A stretch of DNA of 64,000 nt from Lingula anatina (taxonomy: Eukaryota > Animalia > Brachiopoda): contig CM120640.1 in NCBI GenBank assembly GCA_051362555.1, forward strand, positions 55,778,788 through 55,842,787, in the 5' to 3' direction. Numbering within the stretch: the first letter of the stretch is position 1; every line of letters begins with the position of its first letter. The position numbers and the translations under genes were made by a program. This document shows, piece after piece, positions 24,270 through 37,044 of the stretch. The notes beneath the pieces were generated by a model, which was given only the letters and a program-made list of their open reading frames with translations, made no database searches and had not been told where the DNA came from.

Positions 24270-26907
24270 TGCACATTTTGCTTTTACCACCACAATTTTT
24301 GATACAGCATAACTCGTAAACAGTATGGAAATAAAAAAAAAACGGAGACCACGTACAGTGTTGGGCTTGACATGCTCTACAAAATGCAAAAAAGAATGGG
24401 TCTCTAACATTAACGGTTCCCGAATTAGAGACAGTTTTCAGTTTCGGTATCTTACGGCTGCTACTCCCGTGAAAATGCACTGATTGACCCCAAACTCACT
24501 GAGATGAAAGATGACCTGAAGGGTAACACCTTCCAATAATATTATAGGTTAGTTTCTGAACATCAGTGCAAAAAATTTTATTTCGTAAATAAAGGTCAAA
24601 GGTCAAATCCAAGGGTATATTTGAAATCTCCACATATGACTTTTGGTCAGCAGTCTGTAGAAATTTTTCCCATAATTCCTTCAGTAGGGTAGATAATTAG
24701 CATTTAATTTTGCCATTTTTGGACAAGGGTGCATTGCAATGAGGGCCACACCTAGACCCCAGCACTGACAAAGCCAAAATTTTACGTGGAACGAGTTGAG
24801 ATTATAGGTGACCTAAATCCAAGAGATGGGCACGCAGGCCCTTACCGTCTAGGAGGAGAAGCGGTAACGGTAACATGGCAGCGGAGCCGGCGGAACGATC
24901 CGGACGGGACTAAAACCATGTGTACCGCCAGCGCCTACGCTGGTGGTACAATAATATATTTCCACATTTAATTTGCAAAGTGAAAACAAAACTCATCCTC
25001 TTACCATACTCTCTTGATATTTATGAAAGCTATCCACAGATAAAATCAATCTTAGTTGTTACAATTTATGTGTCCTTACAGATCTATACAAACATGCAAT
25101 ACTAATTCAAATTATCAGATTACATGAACCGGTACATACTGCTCATACACGGATGCCATTAATTAACACCTTATCATAAATCAAGGTAAAAATTATATGC
25201 ACAAATAGTTCAAAATATTCCTTTACTTGAAAAAGTGTTAAATAGCCACTGTCAAAAATATATTGTGTATATTATTATCATATTGAAAATCATATTATTA
25301 TTATTTGAAAATGTTCATACTTGTACACATTACATCAGCTGCATACAGGCAGACACATGTACATGACTAAATTTCCTCTATGTAGCAGACTTCCATTGAG
25401 CCATTATATCAAGGCTAGCACAAATAATATCTGACCAACATGGGCAAAGTTGTAATGATTTAGGTTCAAGCTAGGGTATGGGTGAAAAAAAATAATGAAG
25501 TATGACTTTCAAAACCATATTGGTGTCCATCCAGGCATACGGCAATACAGAGTATTGTAACGCATACTGCTATCTTATGAGTCAGCGTAAAAACTTTTTA
25601 CATATGCCACAACTCAAGGTTTACATTGAAATATAACAAATTATCATAATGGCATCAAAAAGGCATCAAAAAGCCATCAAATGTTCCCCATATGCCTGGA
25701 GTCACAAAGAAATGCTTGCAAAGAGCATTTTCTGTAAAATGCTGTAGAAGATGAGGAATTACACTGTTGTGACTAGTTGTTATCAAAAACTAGCAAACAT
25801 TCGGAAGCTAAGGTCATTCAAATTAGTTAAATTTGAATGACCTTAGCTTCCGAATTCTAGCCAATGAACAATTTGTTATCAAAAGGTTTGTCAGGAAGTG
25901 ATAAATTAAAATTTGATTTTTGGTGACAAAAGTCCCATTCCCACACAGCATGGTAATTGGAATTCTAATGCGTGTATCTAAATTCATTTTTTTGGCTTCA
26001 CAGACCAAGAAACAAAATCACAATTCACCTTGCCAGATCTCACTGGCAACTCTATTGACGCTTGCTTGGGGAGTCACAGTATGTCCTGGTGAACAGGGGC
26101 ATTTGTTTCCAGTCTCTATACAAGTAACAATCATGCTTTTGCTTTTGCTTTCAATAATCACGATATTGCATATGCATCTATCAAACTATGGTGTAAAATT
26201 ATTCAAATGTTTGATGATACATTAATGAAACAAGCATACATACATGAGATAAATAGTTACAAGTTGCTGACACCTTATGTTCCACCCACAGTATTGTAAC
26301 GATTTTTCATAGCCTTAAAATTCATGGTAAAATTGCTGCAGTAAGCTGTAGCCTTTTGTTTACATTCTTGTGTGTGTTGAACTTTGAACCTTAAGTTGGA
26401 ATGGCTTGTAAGTGGTATCAGTTTACTAAAGAGGTGATTGTGGTGTCCAGTATAGGGGTTGGCGGTCAACCATTCAAGGCCGTCCACTTTTCCTCTGCCT
26501 GCCAGTCAAAGTAGCAGTGAACCATTCAAGGCCGTCCACTTTTGAAACGTATAAATACAGCTGCTCTACGCAGTGTTGGTCAGTTAGAGTTCAGTTAGAG
26601 TTACTGTAGAGTATAGTGGCAGTACTCAGTGAGAGTATAGTGTCAGACTTAGTTTCACAACTTAGTTTGAATCAGTTTCGCAATATAGTTCCAGTTAGTT
26701 TATTGTAGCTGAGTTGCAGTTGTTTAAATTAGAAGTACAGCAGTACAGCAAGAATAGAGACAGTGTTTAGTAAAAGATACAGAAACATGTACATTTGTGT
26801 TGAAAGTTATTCGTAGAAATAAAGTTTACAAAACAGAGACCTTGTTTTGTTGGTGGCAGCGAAGTAAGAGAACCGTACACTGGTGGCAGAAAAAGAAGAC
26901 CTCTACA
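24270..26907 (+). repeat. Segmental duplication copy 2 (HINE end, unique flank, LTR)
   Basis: Matches 17111-19748; junction ...tgggtggag|tgcacattttgc. Confidence 0.95.
26295..26907 (+). mobile_element. Gypsy LTR in solo-LTR configuration (GTAT on both sides)
   Basis: GTAT at 26291-26294 and 26908-26911; 613 bp; one visible SNP versus the first LTR. Confidence 0.9.
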
Positions 26908-26911
26908 GTAT

Positions 26912-28326
26912 GTCATGGTCTGAGGGGATCCGAAAACTCCTTTTCGCATTTGGCCTTCACCACAATTTTCAAACAAAGACAAACTGACCACTTTACCCAA
27001 ATATGCAATAGCAAACTTCAAGCCAACAGTAAACTGTCTCTCTTCCGTATACTTAACCAAAAGTGTGAAAGGGCAACTTATGTTGATAAAATAACAAATT
27101 ACGACACTTTGTCAACCCTTGCTAAACTACATCTTAGTGACCATAAACTCCACATCGAAACTGGGCGGCACACCAGGCCAAAAACTGTCGCCTGTGCACC
27201 CAAGGGGTAATTGAAGATGAATACCATTTTATATTCCAATGCCCAATGTACAAAGCAGACCGAGTCACCTTTTTTAGTAAAAACCTCAATCCTAAAAGCT
27301 GATACAAGGTCACCAGACAGTCAATTATGCCATGTATTTAACAGTGCCAACAAAGATATTTTAGTATCCCTCTCCAACTTTTTAATAAAATCATCCAAGA
27401 AAAGAAATGAAGTGGTTGCTCTGCTTGGTAACTCTTAGCATATCCCTTAAAATGTCAGTGTATGGTTCCACTGTTGTGAGAAGAGACTCAGCAGTGGGAC
27501 TGAACATGGCACAATATTTATATCTGTGTAACTTATTTAGCTATCTATGTCTTATGTAATTGTCATAAACTGTAATTATCTATGTCATCAAACTGGCTTT
27601 AAACAGCCATGTAAACAACTATATAACTGTAGTTCTCCCTTCCTTTAAAGGTACATACGAACCGAGCATCGTTGGAGCGTGGATTCCCAGTAACACATGT
27701 AAACCACTTCTACTAGTTTCTTATACGACTCAAATAAATTCGACATGCCAAGGGATAAACTGAATAGATCACTCGATCAGCCATAAAAGAGTTTTAGACT
27801 GCTCCTTTCTTTAAATTTTTGGTCGGAAATTTAACTTACTTTCGTGACCTACTTTTCTGTCCCATTGACATACAGCATAGAATGTTAGCAGAAAAATCTG
27901 TTCAAACATAATTTTCGGGTAAAATTAAACAATGCCTTTTGGTAATTCTCTTAGTTATACTACTTGAAACTATATGCTGGCATTTGGTCGGTTTTTGTGA
28001 CAAAAAATTGACTTTGTATGCATCTTTAAGTTTGAACATATCCTTTCCCTGTTTGTGTAACATATGCTTGTTCCCATATGTTTATAGTATGTTTATGGTA
28101 AATTTATAATCAGACCAAGGTTTATTTCACTGCTTAGATAGAATATTTTATGGGTAAATTTACTAGTACATATATAAAGATTATTTTTTCATTCACATAA
28201 TTACCAATTAGAGAAATGGTAATGCACCAATTGTATTGTATCTTCATTAATATATCATATATTGTACAAGGTCATGACAATCTATGTACCAGTACAGAAA
28301 TAAATTGAAAATTGAAATTGAATTGA
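26912..28326 (+). mobile_element. 5'-truncated, decayed LINE 3' end (clade uncertain)
   Basis: Frameshifted remnant ...SKLSLFR...LHLSDHKLHIETGRH...IEDEYHF(x)FQCPMY, typical of the C-terminal Cys/His region of invertebrate LINE ORF2. Ends aataaattgaaaattgaaattgaattga (short-repeat tail). Confidence 0.7.
27649..28025. mobile_element. Kolobok-like MITE inserted in the LINE 3' UTR
   Basis: TTAA on both sides (27645-27648, 28026-28029); imperfect TIR AGGTACATAC / AGATGCATAC starting with two purines. Confidence 0.6.
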
Positions 28327-28944
28327 TATTCTTGCTGCTGTATAAAATATGTCCCTTGAAATTTTACAAACTTGAGACCGCATGTTGTGTTTCCTTTTAC
28401 TTTTGACTAGACGTATACCGGGAACTACACATATGCTAAACAATTGCATCCCAATTAGAGATTTTATACTACAGTAAAAAGTTTACATCTATAGAATCAT
28501 ACTCATTAGGTGGATTTATTTGAATTGCAATCTGGCGTCACCACTGCCATCGCACTTAAGGCTTCACATCTGTAGAATCACAATTTGGCCCAAATCGTGA
28601 TTCAAAGTGCTTTTTGTGAACATGGTTATTGATTCATGTCATGTATCTGTTAGAAAAATGAATAAAAAATTATTTATTCTAAGTATTCTTAATGGACAAT
28701 ATTTAACTCTTAAACTTAAAATTGTATATTATTAAAGGGGTAACAACTGTTCATTTTGGCCAAAAAATGAATTTCCGTGGGGTAAACAGCAATTTCCCCA
28801 TACAGTGATACTTATCAATGGTTAATGAATCCATTTCTACATTCAAAGTTAATCCCTGGTTTTTTTCCTAAAAAGTTTTTTTTTTTTTTTTTTGTAATAA
28901 TCTCTTAAGACCTTCACAATAGCAGATTAACTAGTGGACAAAAA

Positions 28945-29311
28945 TGGACACCACCTTCAGTGTTGCGCTTGACATGTCCTATAAAATCTATTTGAAATCT
29001 CCACATGACTTTCGGTCAGCCATCTGTAGAAATTTTTCCCATAATTCCTTTAGTTTGGGAAATATTTAGCATTTAATTTTGCAAATTTTGGACAAGGGTG
29101 CATTTTGCGATGAGCACCACACCTAGAGCCCAGCACCAACAAAGCCCAAAATTTACGTGGATCGAGTTGAGATTATATGTGACCTAAATCTAAGAGATGG
29201 GTACACAGGATCTTGTAGTCTAGGAGGAGAAGCGGTAACGGTGACTTGGCAACAGAGCCGGCGGAACATGCAGGTTATGTACCACCAGCACCTACACTGG
29301 TGGTACAATAA
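28945..29311 (-). mobile_element. Internally deleted, diverged copy of HINE family B
   Basis: Similar to 13560-13605 and 17460-17795; ends gtaccaccagc-acctac-actggtggtacaataa. Confidence 0.75.
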
Positions 29312-29719
29312 CATTTTAAGAGACCAGTCATCCTATATGTCTCCTAATGCATACCAACAAGCAACAATAAAAGACCAAGACAAGTTTGATCTTTAAAACA
29401 TGGGTGCTGATGGCCAATTTTATTTACAAGTCTCTTTATTAGAACGACTGATGCAATTTAGTAGGTAACCTTGAATAATATTGAAAAAGTATAAATAAAG
29501 CTTCTGTTTTCCCTTTATTTTACTCTACAGTAATGATAATATGAATATGAACAATACAAGTAAAATGAAAGTCCTACAACACAAGCATGTCTTGCTGAAC
29601 CCCTAAATGGTGGTGCACACATAAATCAGACCTTGATGAGAAGCGGTAATTAAAACTACTGTACAAAAACCAACCCTGGGCCCACACTTGCTAGATCCTA
29701 GAAGTTGACAAAGTGCACA

Positions 29720-32700
29720 TTATTTGTTAAATATAATGCCAGGCACCAAATTGGATAGGACAGAACACAACATAATTATTTTATCAGCACTTGATATAGC
29801 TGCTTCCTCACTCTCATCTTTTATCGGCCATTCCACGAAAAGGGGTACAATTCCAAAACAAGAAATGCAGTGATATGAACTTTGCAAAACTGGAAAACTT
29901 TTTATATTATTTTGATGAAGAGGTATTCAGAGAGTAGTAGAAGAATTTTAACCCACACCATTACTGTATTTAAAGAAATATGCACGTGTAAACATGGTAC
30001 AGTATTTTTTCGTTACGGAGGTTAGGTAACATCTAAATTAGCTTATATTTCAATCATGCCAAAGGTCACAGGCTCCATATTTGATTCAATTATTAAGATT
30101 TTGTATGTATTCAAAATATTATTGCCCATTTAAGATTTCTCTTCAATTATAGAAAATGCGGTGCAAACACATTGATAATAAGTGGCTCGTTTTCTATAAA
30201 TACAAAGCCTGAGATATTCCAATTTAAATATTTTATTAATCATTGGGGACAGACTTTCTTTTTTATCATTCTATTTGTTTATGAACAAAGTGCAATCAAT
30301 CTATTATGATATGAGCATTGATCAATGAGCACACACATATCCAATGTTCAAATGAAAAATGAGTAATTTCGTAACGGAGGTTAGGTCATTAATAGCCATC
30401 ATATTTGTTTTGATATTTCTTAGCTTAAAGTAGACTTTAAGAGGCTGAATTCGGAATTTGTAGTATTACAGATACGACAAACGTTACATAATAACAAAAC
30501 ATTAAACCTACGTGTACATGATCGCAGCTATAGGCAGTAAAAAACAACACAATACCCGAGAAAGTTGATGTATACAATCAAGTAGGCCGACAATAGACAC
30601 GTGTTTGCGGATAATTGTCCATTTAAAGTTATTGGAAGCATCTAGAAGATGTTAAAAACTATTATGTGCTACTGAAACAGTAAAATAGGGCCTAATAACC
30701 CCGCAGTTCTACCTGATAAATACAAGCGTTGCTTCAATGCTTAATATATTTCGCCATATGTCTCCCGCGAAAATAATGTCTGCTACATGTACGCTAGTAC
30801 TGATGTCAGCTAGTACCATTTTTATTGCTAAGACAGTCCTGAAAACTCCTCATTTCGCTTAAAATCAGAATGATAAGTTCAAACAGGCATCGTCAAGTGA
30901 CAAATGGAAATCAATTTGAAAAAACAAATCACGATTTACCCCCGATTTTATAGCAAACTCGAGTAAAAACTTAAATGGTTAGCTTACCTAGATAGAATTA
31001 TCAGCTATATATGTATATTTTATATCTATATTAATACGGGGTAATGTCTTTAACAGCAAGCCGTATGAATGCATACTACATCAGAACATAGAAGTAGAAC
31101 TACTTCTATGATCAGAACTAACTCACAAAACCACAGAAATAACGTATTGAAGTATTAACAGTCATTTTTATAACAATTAACTTATTTCCGTAATGGAGGT
31201 TAGCATAACGGATGCAAGGTGACACGCACTCTTTTTCAATTTTTATCCTCGGGATAACTTTGCATAACTATTGAATGAATTTTTTAGGAAGAAGTTGGTC
31301 CTTGCTTAACAAAAATGTTGTTTTTAACTTTCTAAAACAACATTTTCTTCAAATTTGGTCCGTTACTGAGGTTAGGCTCTTAAATGCGACACCCCGACTT
31401 TTGTGAGTTAACATTCTCTATGATGGAACGCAACATTCAAAATTAACAAATAGCACTGTTTTATTAAACTTCATGTATTAAGAGTTTGAAAAATGCACAG
31501 GAAGGCCATTTAAGAGCATTTTCTTTTATTCTTACACTGAGTTAAAAAAGCGTTACGGAGGTTAGGGGTTACTGAGCGACATTGATTAAACTATCACAGT
31601 GACGTAACTAACCAACAAATTCGACAGAGAACACCATGTATGATAAAAAGAAACATGAATTCAAATTAGTTGAGCACTAAAAACACTAAAATACGGGAAA
31701 ATATAAACTTTTTCTTGTGGCAAATCAGCTATAATACCGAAGCGACACGTCGAAATCGTGCTTTTTGCGGCATATAGACCCCCGGGATTCCCGTCAAAGC
31801 AAGTGGTACTATATCAATTGTTGTTTTTTAAGTAGAACACATCGGGTCCTGCTAAAAAAGGCTAAAAAAAGCTAAATTGCAGATGCTTTTACTACTGAAA
31901 ATAAGCTGCGACAGGTATTATTCAGAATTGTACCCTTTTTCGTGGAATGGCTGTTATGCTCTGTACACACTGAAGCAGTACTGTGACCTTTAACATAGTA
32001 AACCTAATTTTTAACAAACCAATCACTCTTTCTACACGCATCCTAACTGAGGAAACACTTCTTGGCTTTTCCACTTCTCTAGCACATAATTGCTTTTTCT
32101 CTTTAGTAAATGCTTGCGTTTCAAGGTGAGAACTACACTTTGATGCAAAGTCATCTTGTAACAGATGATATTTGCTGCTAAATTCTGAATTGCGTACAAT
32201 TTTAACTTTGGAAGCTCTGTCGGCCCAAGCTTTGGAAATAAAGTTAACAGAACCACATAGATTGCAAGAAATAAAAAATCCCATTGCAGTGTGTTTTTTG
32301 TCATTGCTATAAACCTGGGCACGAGCTAGGAGGTTTTTGGGGGATTCAATCAAGACTTCAAAACAGTCTATAAGTGTGGGAATTTCCTTTTGAACACTGA
32401 AAATTCTATCCCTATCACTTCATTTTATCATGAAACCTAGCTTATTATACATAAAATCCATCCACCTCCAGAAAATGTCAATGACTTTTGATTGTGGTAT
32501 ACCCTTCACATGTGCCAGAAACCCTAAGGTTTAATTATGACGCAACTTGAACTTCAAAAGTGTCAAAAACAGCTGTTCTTTTAAGGGTAGACTTGAACCT
32601 ATCAATCCTGGCTGTAAAAACACACTAATTAAAGTCAAAATCTGCATGAACATTGTCCATGAAAGTCCAGTCATCAACTGGCAAGCACTGTCATTACCTT

Positions 32701-33827
32701 TGACAGAGGATGTGGTAAATGAAGTAAGTGTCAGTAATTTGTCCATACTCTGAATCCTTGCATGTGGATCATATCTCTCTCTTCTAAGATTTTCAATTTC
32801 TATGTATAGTTCTGCTCTTTCCACAGTGGCTTATCCATGGGCTTGGCCTCATCCTGGACAGGTATTCCTGAAGAAACAGTAGTATTGGTGAGAATAATTG
32901 GATTTAAAAAAATTCACACTGTAGAAAAATACAACAACTTAACTCAAACCATATATATATACTTACTCTAAGCTTCATGACATCTGGGCAATGGTGTCGT
33001 TCACATACATGTACCTTCTTCACCTTCTTCAGAAGTGGACGTACTGGTTGTGGGGACAGAAGAGGTATCATCTTCATCTAGAGGCTGTGAGCATTCTGTC
33101 TGATCTTGTTTACAGCTCTTCCTTAGCCTTGTCTCAATAACTGAAAGAAAACATCACAAGTCAGAAGGGAGTATGGGGTATATTTGATATTAAAATTAAA
33201 AATAGCCTTATGTATTTCACAGTAATAATATGATTAATAGATATAGATCTTTGTAACAACACAACAGAAATGCAGGTATAATTCAAATATAACAGTCATA
33301 ATGGATAAATACTAGAACAGGAATACATTTGCATAAGTAGAAATCCAAAACCACTGATAATACACCTAAGAGGGAGTCTTACTCATATGCTGGACAATAC
33401 AAGTAGACCAAACAGAATTGCCTTGATTTTCAATTTGAATAGATATATGTTAACCTATGAAATATTGCATATATACCTAGTGTATTTGAACCTTATTTTT
33501 ATTTCCAAGAATAAATTTATCTTAAAAAAGCCCACGTGTTGTTATAACCTGCTTACATTTGTAGCACGTGCATAACGCCCCAAGATAACAGCAGATTTGT
33601 CTTCAGTCTTTTCTTTGTGGGGGAATATTGAACAGATGTAATCTGGGTGGCTGGCATCTCAGGCTTTCACTCCTGTGCAGAAAAAAAACTGTGACATATG
33701 CATGACCTATTGCTCGCAACCATTTTTCCTTTCTTTCTTCATCTTTGGGAATAGCACAAATTTTCCTTTATGGATTTTTAGCACTGTTGGCAGTACAATC
33801 TGGTACACAGCAAAATTTCACCTTCAT
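29720..33827 (-). pseudogene. Decayed spliced THAP + HTH + DDE transposase gene (ISL2EU / PIF-Harbinger-like, DDE_Tnp_4 type), interrupted by a TIR element
   Basis: THAP exon 33827-33557 (MKVKFCCVPDC...PKDEERKEKWLRAI...HPDYICSIF, donor gtaagc); HTH region (MTGLSW...LKEQLFLTLLKFKLRHN); DDE core IDCFEVLIESPKNLLARAQVYS...RMRVERVIGLLK; C-terminus KDESEEAAISSADKIIMLCSVLSNLVPGIIFNK* at 29720-29824. Stops and frameshifts are present. Confidence 0.85.
29825..31953. mobile_element. Non-autonomous TIR DNA transposon, 29-bp TIRs, 4-bp TTAT TSD (Sola-like, tentative)
   Basis: Left CGGCCATTCCACGAAAAGGGGTACAATTC, right (rc) CAGCCATTCCACGAAAAAGGGTACAATTC; TTAT at 29821-29824 and 31954-31957. The internal motif cgttacggaggttagg recurs about five times. 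Confidence 0.85.
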
Positions 33828-35403
33828 TGGTGTATGAGTGAGTCAAAGATAAACTAGTATAAACCCTTTTATACTAGTATCCCAGCCCAAAACTTGCCTG
33901 TCACATTTGCCAGCAGTGGAATGTCAACTGAAATTAGTACAATTGGCACCTTCCTTGATAAAATCAATTGCTTCCTGAGAGTGTTCTACTTGAGGGGTGA
34001 ATATAAGGCTCATCCAGGTAGGCATAGTGGCTTTGTAATTTACTGCGGTAAGATTCCCGATCACAGATAATGATCAGCAGTTAAGGCTGTCTTTCTCTTA
34101 ATCATGTGCGCAGCAGCCATAATTACAAAGGCCTTGAAAGGAAATAAACCAGGCATATAGCTCAACCTCACTGACACAAGTGGTCAAGCACTGTGAAATA
34201 TGATGTCATCAGACAAGGTCTGACGACATTTACATACTAGTCAATGCAATCTGCCATGTTTTCCTATCTTCGGCGTTGTGGTCGGGCCGGTCTATGAGAA
34301 TTTTTTACTTCTAGGTAAGATAAAGATTCATAGTGGATGTGCAAACTGGTCTTCATTTTACATGACCACAACGCCGAACCAACTTCAAAACTTTCTTCTC
34401 GGTATGCTTTCTTGCCTCTGGAGAAGGAAGAGTTTCATAAAGAACCGTAATTGGTTTGATAGACTGGAGAATACCATGGCTTTAAAATTTATTTCCCTGA
34501 CATATTAAAGACGATCTGAGGACGGAATAAATAATTATCAAAAACTTCCGAGGATATGGCCCCTGGTGTCTTTTGGCATGTCTTGGTAAAGCACGCCGCC
34601 TATGACATAGCTGTATATTGATTGCAAGATTCGGTGCAATCATAAAATTGTGCTATAAAGGTAGATGCCTTTGGAATTTCCCAGCCGTTTTGCAACCTCA
34701 ATTTCTCATGGAAAAAATTATAAAAACTAAGTTCTAAGTGGAAAGACAACTTGGTAGGTTTAAAAGTGTACTACTGGTGCTATTTTGACGGTGTTTGATA
34801 CTTACGTTAGTACTACAATCTACATGTACAGGTACGTGTATGGGTATGACAGCAGTGTAACATTAATTTTAGGTGCTAACCAATCCTATCTTTTACTTTT
34901 TGGTCTGCTCGGTTAGCCAGTTTTCACTAGCCGTGTGTGCGTGTCTTTTTCCAGTGATATGTGCATGCTTGGTGCTTTACCCTGGGGTCCTTTCTGCATC
35001 CTGTTTCTTTACAAGTAGTCGACATACATGTACTGTATCTACAGAGGCAAGGCACCTACTAGTACACAGCACCCTGGTGCTACCATAAAAAGGCTTGCAC
35101 ACATGACCAGCAGAAATGGGTTAACCATGCATGCACAGCATTATCTGTGGAAAAGTGAACGACTCCTAGAGCATTGTGACATTTGTACAGTTGCAGATTT
35201 TATTAATAGCATGCACTGCATTTATGGTGAGTTGCTGTGCAAGGGAGATATGTAATACTTATATTAGTTTTATTACTCTTCCCAAACTTGTCACACAATT
35301 TCTTATCTTGAAAATATTTTCATTCCCACAAATAACAACTAAACAAAAAAAAAACTTTTCGATTTCTTTTATAGCATTAAGCTGCCTGTCTTGTAGTGTT
35401 AGT

Positions 35404-35562
35404 CAGGGGCAGATCCAGAGGTATTTTTTTGACAGTCTTCCAAATTATCTTTGTTGATCCATTCTCCAATTTTTGACCATCTTCCGACAGAAAAAATAGA
35501 TACCTGTCAGTAAAAATATGAATATTTGACCGTCCTCCTGAAGACCCAGAAGACAGCCCCTG
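35404..35562 (+). mobile_element. CAGGGGC-ended MITE, 5-bp TSD TTAGT
   Basis: caggggcagatccag...gcccctg flanked by ttagt on both sides; inverted homolog at 36396-36563. Confidence 0.8.
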
Positions 35563-35840
35563 TTAGTGGTGTCCAGTGACTGGGCTTTTTGCACCTTCAT
35601 AACCATGAGACATTTTATTAAAAAAAGATGCTGCAGATCAACTTTGTGCCTTCCAATTTTATACCATTAGATAGTGATGTATATTAAACATGTAAAATTA
35701 TACCAAGGGTAATGGTAAGAGTTTCTATGATAGCTTATTATAATTTGACAAGTTTGGTCATATGCAACAACATGGGGCTTGTGAGATAGCTATACATTAT
35801 ATACTAGGCCAAAAAAAGAAACAAGTTTTGTTATATCTAT

Positions 35841-36066
35841 GGGTGTATTCCCAGAGATTTAGATCAATCCAGGGATTTAGATTTAGATCGACCTAACTCC
35901 CTGGGGGTTCACGCTAAATTGCAGTCAGCCGAGCGCGCACCATAGTTAATTACCCCCCTACAGCTTTCAGTAGGCGGGACAGACGCTTAAGCCGGCTAAG
36001 CTGACAGTAATCTAGTGAGACTCCCCACAGGGATAGATCGGTCTAAAATTTATGGAAATGGGATCT
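35841..36066. mobile_element. Fold-back MITE (ttaattacccc core family)
   Basis: Closely similar to 57207-57390; inverted arms tagatcgaccta / tagatcggtcta. Confidence 0.75.
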
Positions 36067-36395
36067 ATGGTTTAAATATATTTTTTCATGCAATAATGTA
36101 GCCTAAAGGGTAGTATATTGCTCCGTAATGTGTATGCCCTCCTCTGACTGCAATGCAGGCAAGTGCCCTCCCCCTCATAGACTTTACGATACCTCGAGTG
36201 CAGACCTAAGTTGTCCTTCTCCATTCTTTTACCAGTACAGCTCTTAACTCTATAGCTGGTGGTTTTGGTCTACCCAAGTCAATGGTCTACCCAGTTCACC
36301 CCAGGGATGCTCAATAGGACACATGTCTGGTCTAAAGTAGAAGAGTCTGGATATGCCCCTGCTGCAGGTATGCTTGTACTATCCTGCTGGCGGTA

Positions 36396-36563
36396 CAGGG
36401 GCAGATTGAGGCCGTCTTCTGGGTCTTCCAGAAGACGGTCAGATTTTCAAGTTTACATTGACGGGTATCTATTTTTTTCTGTCAGAAGACAGTCAAAAAT
36501 TGAGGATGGATTAACAAAGATAATTTGGAAGACTGTCAGAAAATATCTCTGGATCCGCCCCTG
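36396..36563 (-). mobile_element. CAGGGGC-ended MITE, 5-bp TSD CGGTA
   Basis: caggggc...ctggatccgcccctg flanked by cggta on both sides; reverse-complement homolog of 35404-35562. Confidence 0.8.
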
Positions 36564-37044
36564 CGGTATGGGGATGGGTGTTGCGTTGCGTTGCTGGAGC
36601 AAGCGAAGGGTAAGGTGTTGATCCATGAATGGCACAACAGCTGTCCTTAGGACTTAATCTATGTAACGCTGGCCAGTCAGACTTCCAGCAATAACCAAGA
36701 GTTCTGTCTGGAAGTTGCCACTTATGTCGACCCAAAACATAACACTATGCCAATGGCCAATGGCACTATCCCTGTCCAGAGCAGAGAGCCTTTGTATGAT
36801 GTCAGCATCGAATTCAATCTCCTAAACTTGGTTTAGGATTCCACTGTCCACTAGCATTGATTGTGGACAACTGAACTACGCAAGACTTTTGTCCCAATTT
36901 GTGTTATGAGATATCTGAAAATCTAAAGTCAGCCATGGTCTGGAATTACCGATGTTTATCAGTACTCTACTGTAGAGCTGAGTTAGTGGTCTGTCACTGC
37001 ATACAGTGACCAGACTAAGACTGGCTTCCCATACTCTATCCAAC

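Larger units (their letters stand above)
19136..26907 (+). mobile_element. Rearranged Ty3/Gypsy LTR retrotransposon locus bounded by a GTAT target-site duplication
   Basis: GTAT at 19132-19135 and 26908-26911; gag then PR-RT-RH-IN domain order; integrase truncated at 24269. Confidence 0.9.

Noticed and set aside
20724-24480. Multiple minus-strand ORFs within gag-pol, and a possible env gene
   Set aside because: These are antisense shadows of coding sequence; the element is truncated before the position where env would lie.
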